DNA of 32,339 nucleotides from Pirellulales bacterium (GTDB lineage Bacteria > Patescibacteriota > Patescibacteriia > JBDRGY01): contig JAIWBS010000029.1 of the NCBI GenBank assembly GCA_048633705.1, forward strand, positions 1 to 32,339, given 5' to 3'. Made by a program: the position numbers and the translations under genes. The notes below the pieces were generated by a model that searched no databases, was not told the origin of the DNA, and was given only the letters and a program-made list of their open reading frames with translations. Numbering within the stretch: position 1 is the first letter of the stretch; each line of letters begins with the position of its first letter. Shown here piece after piece: positions 20,314 to 26,022 of the stretch.

Positions 20314-20348
20314 AGGTCACCCCGCCAGAGGCGGGGTCGCTTCCACCA
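20314..20348 (+). other. tRNA 3'-half-like module 2: AGGTC, ACCCCGC-CAGAG-GCGGGGT, CGCTTCC, ACCA
   Basis: The last 12 nt, TCGCTTCCACCA, differ at one position from the tRNA-Val(GAC) 3' end TCGCTCCCACCA. Same architecture as module 1. Confidence 0.5.
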
Positions 20349-20385
20349 TTTATTATTGCTCCTTTTGAGCATTTTTTTATAACTT

Positions 20386-21078
20386 ATGCCGGATAAAATT
20401 GACCCAAAAATTATCAGGGAAACTAATGACTTTTTGGTATTAATTAAACCATCGGGCTTAATTGTCCACCCCAATGTTCACCAAAAGGCCAATACTTTGG
20501 TTGATTGGTTATTGGCTAAATACCCGGCCATAGCCGATGTCGGAGAGAATCGCTTGCGTCCCGGGATTGTTCATCGATTAGACCAAGACGTTTCAGGTTT
20601 AATGGTAATCGCCAAAAATTCCAGAATGTTCCAACATTTAAAAGAGCAGTTTCAAAATCGTCGAGTTAAAAAAAAGTATTTTGCTTTAGTTTTCGGCACC
20701 CTGGATCAAAACAAAGGTGAAATAACGCTTTCGGTTGGACGCTCAAAAACAGAACCAGGTAAAATTAAGATTAAACATGACCAAAGCGGTAAAGCAGCCA
20801 TCACCCTTTATAAAGTAATAAAAAAAATCAGTAAATACTCTTTTGTCGATATTGAAATTAAAACCGGTCGTACCCACCAAATTAGAGTGCATTTCAAAGG
20901 TATCGGCCATTCTATTGTTGGAGATAAGCTGTATAAGACGAAAGGGGTAAAATCAGATTTATCCAGAATATTTCTACACGCCTACCATTTGGGATTTTCT
21001 GACATTAATAATAAATGGCAGCAGTTTACCATTGATCTTCCACAGGAATTAAGAAGCTATTTAGATCAATTGGAATAA
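20386..21078 (+). CDS. RluA-family pseudouridine synthase
   Basis: Contains the catalytic motif HRLDQDVSGLMVIAK, plus GRTHQIRVH and IFLHAY. It lacks an N-terminal S4 domain. Confidence 0.88.
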   Translation: MPDKIDPKIIRETNDFLVLIKPSGLIVHPNVHQKANTLVDWLLAKYPAIADVGENRLRPGIVHRLDQDVSGLMVIAKNSRMFQHLKEQFQNRRVKKKYFALVFGTLDQNKGEITLSVGRSKTEPGKIKIKHDQSGKAAITLYKVIKKISKYSFVDIEIKTGRTHQIRVHFKGIGHSIVGDKLYKTKGVKSDLSRIFLHAYHLGFSDINNKWQQFTIDLPQELRSYLDQLE

Positions 21079-21129
21079 CCTTGACTTTTTGCTAAAATAA
21101 AATTAAGATTATCAAGTTAACCAAAAATT

Positions 21130-21441
21130 ATGGATAAAGAGAAAATCAAAGCACTCAGGTCCGGCCAAACGGTCCGAGTGCATCAAAAAATCAAAGAAGG
21201 AGATAAAGAAAGAATTCAGATTTTTGAAGGCATAATTTTGGCTCACAAGGGAGGCGTCCAACCAGGAGCAACTATTATGGTTAGGAAAATTTCTAAAGGG
21301 ATTGGCGTCGAAAAAATATTTCCCCTTCATTCTCCAACAATCTCAAAAATCGAATTGGTCAAAACTGCCAATACCCGTAAATCTAAATTATATTACCTAC
21401 GCACCTACAAAAAAAAGTTAAAGGAAAAAAAGGCAAAATAG
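21130..21441 (+). CDS. rplS: 50S ribosomal protein L19
   Basis: [33 protein letters not shown]...[19 protein letters not shown] is the L19 core. Confidence 0.92.
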   Translation: MDKEKIKALRSGQTVRVHQKIKEGDKERIQIFEGIILAHKGGVQPGATIMVRKISKGIGVEKIFPLHSPTISKIELVKTANTRKSKLYYLRTYKKKLKEKKAK

Positions 21442-21541
21442 GCGGGGCGTGGCGGAATTGGTCCATCTTGCCGAGACGCCAAGTTGAGGCCGGTATACTT
21501 GCCCGCTGAATTTGCCGAAACAATAATAGGGCAGAAAGTAT
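21442..21541 (+). other. GC-rich leader containing a tRNA-Leu-like 5' fragment, function unknown
   Basis: It starts directly after the rplS stop codon. GTGGCGGAATTGGT and CAAGTTGAGG resemble GTGGTGGAATTTGGT and CAAGCTTGAGG of the adjacent tRNA-Leu(GAG). No matching 3' acceptor strand is present. GGGCA (21530-21534) can pair with TGCCC at 21499-21503 or at 21541-21545. Confidence 0.3.
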
Positions 21542-21626
21542 GCCCAGGTGGTGGAATTTGGTATACACACAAGCTTGAGGAGCTTGGCTCTATTAGAGCG
21601 TGCGGGTTCAAGTCCCGCCCTGGGCA
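21542..21626 (+). tRNA. tRNA-Leu (anticodon GAG), type II, CCA not encoded
   Basis: GCCCAGG TG GTG..CAC A CAAGC-TTGAGGA-GCTTG, variable arm GCTCTATTAGAGCGT, GCGGG-TTCAAGT-CCCGC CCTGGGC A. Confidence 0.9.
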
Positions 21627-21644
21627 TTATTTTGTTTATTTATT

Positions 21645-21721
21645 GGGCGGTTAGCTCAGCTGGCTAGAGCGCTTCGTTTACACCGAAGAGGTCGGGGGTT
21701 CGATTCCCTCACCGCCCACCA
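21645..21721 (+). tRNA. tRNA-Val (anticodon TAC), CCA encoded and followed by a second CCA
   Basis: GGGCGGT TA GCTC AGCTGGCTA GAGC G CTTCG-TTTACAC-CGAAG AGGTC GGGGG-TTCGATT-CCCTC ACCGCCC A CCA, then CCA. Confidence 0.9.
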
Positions 21722-21744
21722 CCATATAATTAATTTCTATTAAA

Positions 21745-21984
21745 ATGAACTATGTTTATGGAATCCTTTGTATCTTAGGTGGAATTTGGTTGATAGTCGG
21801 TACTCAAAGCATCTTGAGAATGTTCGGCAGCAATGAATGGGCCGAGGAACATCTGGGCATGTGGGGAGGCTCAAGAACTTTTACTAAGTGGATTGGCCTT
21901 GGCTTAATACTCCTTGGCTTTATATTTATGGGTGGTTGGTTCGGCCCAATAGTTAGAAAAATATTTTCATCCACTGGTCAATAA
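21745..21984 (+). CDS. Hypothetical small membrane protein (79 aa, two hydrophobic helices)
   Basis: The ORF fills the gap between tRNA-Val(TAC) and the tRNA-Ala complex. It has two clear TM-like segments. No known motif. Confidence 0.5.
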   Translation: MNYVYGILCILGGIWLIVGTQSILRMFGSNEWAEEHLGMWGGSRTFTKWIGLGLILLGFIFMGGWFGPIVRKIFSSTGQ

Positions 21985-21986
21985 GA

Positions 21987-22021
21987 GGGCCCTTAGCTCA
22001 TTTAGTAGAGCACCTGTCTTG
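21987..22021 (+). other. Outer tRNA-Ala-like 5' half (acceptor, D arm, 5' anticodon stem, loop positions 32-35)
   Basis: GGGCCCT TA GCTC ATTTAGTA GAGC A CCTGT CTTG matches the first 35 nt of the intact tRNA-Ala at 22082 at 30 of 35 positions (hand count). Confidence 0.55.
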
Positions 22022-22081
22022 TCCCGATGTACATAATAAAATTACGGCAGTGCGCATCGAGAATCCACGATAGCCTCTGGT

Positions 22082-22157
22082 GGGCCTTTAGCTCATTTGG
22101 TAGAGCGCCTGCTTTGCATGCAGGAGGTGACCGGTTCGATCCCGGTAAGGTCCACCA
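22082..22157 (+). tRNA. tRNA-Ala (anticodon TGC), G3:U70, CCA encoded
   Basis: GGGCCTT TA GCTC ATTTGGTA GAGC G CCTGC-TTTGCAT-GCAGG AGGTG ACCGG-TTCGATC-CCGGT AAGGTCC A CCA. It is flanked by the perfect 14-nt complement cgatagcctctggt (22068-22081) / accagaggctatcg (22154-22167). Confidence 0.92.
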
Positions 22158-22170
22158 GAGGCTATCGGAA

Positions 22171-22212
22171 CATGTAGGAGGTGATCCCGCGTCCGCGGGA
22201 TAGGGTCCACCA
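22171..22212 (+). other. Outer tRNA-Ala-like 3' half with a hairpin in place of the T arm
   Basis: CAT GTAGG AGGTG ATCCCGC-GTCC-GCGGGAT AGGGTCC ACCA. AGGGTCC pairs with GGGCCCT at 21987-21993 with a G3:U70 wobble. GTAGG pairs with CCTGT at 22013-22017. Confidence 0.55.
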
Positions 22213-22241
22213 GAAAATTTTTTTGATAATTTTTTACACAT

Positions 22242-22273
22242 AAAAAACCCGAGAAACCGTCTCGAGTTTTTTT
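22242..22273. terminator. Bidirectional intrinsic terminator between the tRNA cluster (+) and the amidase gene (-)
   Basis: Hairpin CGAGA-aaccg-TCTCG (22250-22264) is flanked by an A-run upstream and a T-run downstream. Confidence 0.55.
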
Positions 22274-22287
22274 GTTGTTAATCTGAC

Positions 22288-24123
22288 TTAATCCACCCGG
22301 GTAATCAGACTAAAATTGCCATTTTGGATAGTTATATTTCTACTAGTTGATTCTAGACGGAAAATCTGTTTATAGATACCAGTTTGGCGGTTGCGATAAA
22401 CAAATTCGAAAGTACCCGTTTCCCCAGGGGCCACCGTTGATTCTTTTAACCTAAACTGGCCGCTAGAACTGGGCCAGCTGTTATCGACAAATCTGCTTGG
22501 TTGATAACTTAAATCATAAACGTTAAGCCGTAAATTCTGATCCCAAGTAGCTATTCCGGTGTTTTTGAATTTTATTGTGGCTTTAGGCTTCCAGATTGAT
22601 AAGATGGCAGGAGGGATGTTATGTTCGATCAACTCCGCTTGATAATGAGAATCCACTCTGGTAATAAAATTTACCCTACCGTTGATAATTTCCTCACCTT
22701 CACAAAATAGTTTGAAAATTTGTTTATAAAGACCCGGGCTGCTGGGTGATTTGAGATAAAAAACAAAAGTAGCTGTTTCACCATTTTTAACACTATCCTC
22801 AACTTGCCTAATTTCCCCATCTTGAGTAACCCAAGACGAATCACGGTAGGCAGAAGGATTCAGGTTAAGATCATAGATATTTAAATAACTGTTCTCTTTG
22901 GTCCAAGTTTTGACACCTTTATTAACAAAACGAAAAGTTGTTCTAATCTTGGCTCCCACAAAACTAGCCGGCAATATATCGTCCATAGATAAATCAGCGG
23001 CATATTCCAAACCAACCACTTCAACTTCTACCGTAAAACGGGAACCGGGAATCTCTTCACCATCATAGACCAAATAAAAAGTTTCGGTAGCCAACAACTG
23101 ATCAATAGGTGCTTTGATTGTAAAGGAAACTCGGCCGGTTTCTTGAGGGGCGATATTGCCTTCTTCAAAGTCAACCTGGTTTTCGCCGATTGAAGAAAGC
23201 TGGAGAAGGCTGTTTTTATCATAATTTGCCGAAACTAAATAAACCGTATCTTCAAAATATCTTCGCCAAGTGAAATTGCCGGTATTTTTATAATCAGCCC
23301 AAATCGTGGCTGTTTGACCAGTCCTTAACTCCAACTCTGTGGCACTTTGTTCGATCAGCTTGGCTTTTACCACTGGCACAAAAGATGCGCCGGTATCTTT
23401 TAGTCTGGTGTATTTCACTTGAACATCTGATCTTATGCTTTCTAACTTGGCTTCTAAATTCTCACCAGGGCACAAGGTGCAGTCAACATCTTGATGACCA
23501 ATAATATTAGGCAAATCCTCCAAATCTTGAAAATCACTTTGACCTTTCGGGCTAATCCCAAAATCGACGGCTTTATGGGCAATCAAATTAACCAGAGCGA
23601 CTAAGGCTTTCTGACCGGGTGAATTTTCTTCATAATTACCCAGTAGAGCTATCCCTATTGTTCCCGCATTAAAATCAAAACCTTCATCTTCCCCGCCAAA
23701 ACGAATTACGTTACATCTTGAGTCTCTATAAGCATGGGCGCCAATTGCCCCATCCCCGCCTTTTCTGCCTTGGTAAATATTACCCTCACCATCAATTAGA
23801 TAATTATAGCCGATGTCGCCCCAACCCAGAATTTGGGCATGATAGTAATAAATAGCTCTAATTGTCGCTTTAGGGTCATTCCCTCCATTAGAACCGGCTG
23901 TATGATGGATAATAAACTTTTTGGGTCTCTGATACTGAACCGGCCAAATTGTTTCTCTTTCTGAATCTAAAAGGTAATCACTATCAGCTTTCCATTCAAG
24001 ACGGGAAATAATTACCAAATCGTCTGAAGCAGAATAGACGAACTTTGGGCATAAAAAAACCGCTAATACAATAGCGGTAAAAATTACCAAAAATAACCTA
24101 AATTGGCTAAGTGCTTTTTTCAT
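22288..24123 (-). CDS. Secreted N-acetylmuramoyl-L-alanine amidase (Amidase_2/PGRP domain) with ~4 C-terminal Ig-like (NBR1-like) repeats
   Basis: Signal peptide MKKALSQFRLFLVIFTAIVLAVFL. Amidase_2 motifs IIHHTAG, GWGDIGYNYLIDGEGNIYQGR, GAHA and GHQDVDCTLCPG. The C-terminal repeats carry the KNTG..TW motif. Confidence 0.88.
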   Translation of the reverse strand: MKKALSQFRLFLVIFTAIVLAVFLCPKFVYSASDDLVIISRLEWKADSDYLLDSERETIWPVQYQRPKKFIIHHTAGSNGGNDPKATIRAIYYYHAQILGWGDIGYNYLIDGEGNIYQGRKGGDGAIGAHAYRDSRCNVIRFGGEDEGFDFNAGTIGIALLGNYEENSPGQKALVALVNLIAHKAVDFGISPKGQSDFQDLEDLPNIIGHQDVDCTLCPGENLEAKLESIRSDVQVKYTRLKDTGASFVPVVKAKLIEQSATELELRTGQTATIWADYKNTGNFTWRRYFEDTVYLVSANYDKNSLLQLSSIGENQVDFEEGNIAPQETGRVSFTIKAPIDQLLATETFYLVYDGEEIPGSRFTVEVEVVGLEYAADLSMDDILPASFVGAKIRTTFRFVNKGVKTWTKENSYLNIYDLNLNPSAYRDSSWVTQDGEIRQVEDSVKNGETATFVFYLKSPSSPGLYKQIFKLFCEGEEIINGRVNFITRVDSHYQAELIEHNIPPAILSIWKPKATIKFKNTGIATWDQNLRLNVYDLSYQPSRFVDNSWPSSSGQFRLKESTVAPGETGTFEFVYRNRQTGIYKQIFRLESTSRNITIQNGNFSLITRVD

Positions 24124-24147
24124 TTTTATTTTTGTTTTACTGTATAC

Positions 24148-24176
24148 ATTATAGCGTATTTTTGGTTTTTTGTAAA
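24148..24176 (-). promoter_or_regulatory. Candidate sigma70 promoter for the amidase gene
   Basis: Minus-sense TTTACA (24176-24171), a 17-nt spacer, then TATAAT (24153-24148), about 25 nt upstream of the ATG. Confidence 0.5.
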
Positions 24177-24249
24177 GGTTTTAATCCTTCTGAAGTTACA
24201 ATTATCCTCGTAGCCGAAGCTTCCACGCTTCGGCTACTTAATAGAAAAA

Positions 24250-24275
24250 CCGCACAGAAACCTTGTTCTGTGCGG
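24250..24275 (-). terminator. Intrinsic terminator downstream of the small GC-rich ORF
   Basis: 10-bp hairpin CCGCACAGAA-n6-TTCTGTGCGG, followed on the minus strand by TTTTT. A second 11-bp hairpin lies at 24210-24237. Confidence 0.6.
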
Positions 24276-24308
24276 CAAAAAGACCAAGACAAGGTACACA
24301 TTTTAGGC

Positions 24309-24584
24309 TCAACCACCGCCTATTGGCCCTCCTTGTGGAGAACCATCTTCATCATCGTCTTCTAGACCTGAATCTGGATCATTGCCAGTAAGGGCAACCG
24401 CCTGCCCTGACGCGCGTGGAGTAAACAAGAGGTCCAAGAGCGGCAACAAGACATTGCTGATGAAGTTGGGTCTGCCATAGCGTCTGTCACGTTCTCTGAT
24501 AAGCTCGGCAGGGTCACAATCTCCCCGGATTATCCGGTCGACCAAAGGCTCATCCAACAACGGGTTTTCACATTGTGTGACCAT
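24309..24584 (-). CDS. Hypothetical small protein (~91 aa) with an acidic Gly-rich C-terminus, in a GC-rich islet
   Basis: The ATG at 24584 is preceded by AGGAGG with a 7-nt spacing. The ORF ends ...DDDEDGSPQGGPIGGG. Local GC is about 50 percent by hand count of one 60-nt stretch, against roughly 30-40 percent in the flanks. It has its own flanking hairpins. Confidence 0.5.
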   Translation of the reverse strand: MVTQCENPLLDEPLVDRIIRGDCDPAELIRERDRRYGRPNFISNVLLPLLDLLFTPRASGQAVALTGNDPDSGLEDDDEDGSPQGGPIGGG

Positions 24585-24672
24585 CACTAAACCTCCTGTC
24601 TGGAGCCTGAATACTGGGTTGTTTGGAATCTTCCCTCTAGCCCAAAGATCACGGTTTGATTATATAACAAAT

Positions 24673-24736
24673 AGAGCAGGCTAGAAAGCCTGCTCTACGT
24701 ATTCCCTACGGAGCTCATACTTTCTAGTATGAGCTT
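24673..24736 (-). terminator. Two tandem hairpins directly downstream of the O-antigen-ligase-like gene
   Basis: AGAGCAGGC-tagaaa-GCCTGCTCT lies at 24673-24696 and GAGCTCATAC-tttcta-GTATGAGCTT at 24711-24736. The loops are reverse complements of each other. The T-tracts are weak. Confidence 0.4.
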
Positions 24737-24742
24737 CCAAAC

Positions 24743-26002
24743 TTAATGAGGCAAAGGCTTTTGATGCCACTTGAAGACTACGACCATCATACCAAAAAAC
24801 ACCCAAAACAAAACAGCTAAATCATTTTTAAAGTAAGGAACGTCTACTATGCCATGGCCTAATAAACAAACCATGGCTGTCATTATAGCGATTGCCCAGT
24901 TGAATTCCGTATTTTTGGTTTTTAACAGCTGATAACCTTGGCGAAAAAACTTAATCATTAACCCAACAAATACAATCAAACCGAACAAACCTAATTCTAC
25001 CCAGAAATTCAAAATGACATTATGCGGATATAATAAAAATTCCGTGTGTTTTATCAACCGGTACTGCTCGTAGTAATGAGAAAAACCAGCTAAGCCCGAT
25101 CCTAAAATCGGTCTGTCTTTTAATAAATTCCAGGTGCCTTGCCACATCACTTTACGGACATCACCAGAAACATCGGTCAAAGTAACAAGGGGCATAATGT
25201 AATCTTTGGTCTGGGGAACGGCAAAGACAAAAATAATTAATAATAACCAAAATAGCAATACTTTTTTCCAAGGGAATAAAAAGAAGCTTAAAAAAACCAT
25301 AGCCAGGCCCAAACCCAACCAGGCTCCCTGGGAAACGGAAGTCAACAAAGAAAAACAGCCCAACAGAATTATAATAAAACCCCACCAAAAAGTTTGGCGG
25401 GTGAAAAATTTGACCCTGGCTATCAAGGCAATAAAAAAAGCAATGACAGGGGCAATAATCAAGCCCAGGGCATTAGGGTACTGATAAACTGAAACGATTC
25501 GGCGAGTTTCTTCAACTTGCCAAGGCTCCGGAATGCCCACTCCGGTAAAATATTGAACAATTCCATAAATTGACAGCCAGACAACCAAAAGACCCAGGGC
25601 CCAGCCAATTATTTTCAACTGTCTTTTTTCCCTTATTACATTAACAAACACCAGATAGAATAAGGCCGGTTCAAAAAAGTAGGCTTTTAATATCCCCAGG
25701 GCTGATTTCGTATCTGGAGAAAAAAAAGTAGAAACAGAAGCAGCCAACAAGAAAATGGAAATCAATAACCAATTAGGCCAAACTATTTTTTCTTTATTTT
25801 TTATAGTCTTAAATAGCCAGATTAAAAATAACAACAAAATCATTACCTCCAACAAAGTAAAAGGGAAAATGTCGTTGGAATAACGAATTAAATATGCCGG
25901 TAATAGTAAAATAACAATGCCAACCGCCCAAACAGTCCGCCTGAAGGCAATAAAACCGTAACAAAGCGAGAAGATTAGTAATAATAGTATTTGACTAGTC
26001 AT
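24743..26002 (-). CDS. O-antigen ligase / Wzy-like polytopic membrane protein
   Basis: 419 aa with about 10-12 TM segments and the characteristic periplasmic-loop region ...SQGAWLGLGLAMVF.... It is the last gene of the flippase-GT operon. Confidence 0.7.
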   Translation of the reverse strand: MTSQILLLLIFSLCYGFIAFRRTVWAVGIVILLLPAYLIRYSNDIFPFTLLEVMILLLFLIWLFKTIKNKEKIVWPNWLLISIFLLAASVSTFFSPDTKSALGILKAYFFEPALFYLVFVNVIREKRQLKIIGWALGLLVVWLSIYGIVQYFTGVGIPEPWQVEETRRIVSVYQYPNALGLIIAPVIAFFIALIARVKFFTRQTFWWGFIIILLGCFSLLTSVSQGAWLGLGLAMVFLSFFLFPWKKVLLFWLLLIIFVFAVPQTKDYIMPLVTLTDVSGDVRKVMWQGTWNLLKDRPILGSGLAGFSHYYEQYRLIKHTEFLLYPHNVILNFWVELGLFGLIVFVGLMIKFFRQGYQLLKTKNTEFNWAIAIMTAMVCLLGHGIVDVPYFKNDLAVLFWVFFGMMVVVFKWHQKPLPH

Positions 26003-26022
26003 TCTTGTTTATTTTAATAAAT

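Noticed and set aside
21711-21724. Encoded CCACCA at the tRNA-Val(TAC) 3' end, reminiscent of the CCACCA degradation tag
   Set aside because: This is a single occurrence. The extra CCA lies outside the mature tRNA and would be trimmed during 3' processing, so it is probably chance.
22022-22170. The insert in the outer tRNA-Ala-like gene considered as a group I (or archaeal BHB-type) intron
   Set aside because: It is 149 nt, and 76 nt of that is a tRNA. That is too short for a group I core, and I could not draw P3-P7-like elements. I also could not draw a clean bulge-helix-bulge at the junctions, and bacteria are not known to have the splicing endonuclease.
20251-22212. The hairpin-ACCA modules considered as rho-independent terminators
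   Set aside because: The GC hairpin is followed by 11 non-U nucleotides (N7 plus ACCA) before any T-run. Canonical intrinsic terminators need the U-tract directly after the stem.
20246-22212. The hairpin-ACCA modules considered as REP/BIME-like palindromic repeats mobilised by a RAYT transposase (a GTAG lies 5' of the hairpin at 20247-20250 and 22174-22177)
   Set aside because: Only two of the four copies have GTAG, and no RAYT/IS200-like gene is in the window. The REP model also does not explain why the flanks copy the 3' end of the adjacent tRNA. I could not exclude it without a genome-wide census.
24300-24740. GC-rich islet considered as a structured RNA gene (RNase P RNA, tmRNA, SRP RNA, 6S)
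   Set aside because: I could not find the conserved RNase P P4 motif (GAGGAAAGTCC), a tmRNA 5' GGGG... / 3' T-arm-CCA, or the SRP domain IV motif on either strand. The region does carry a strong RBS plus a 91-codon ORF. An Rfam scan would still be worthwhile.
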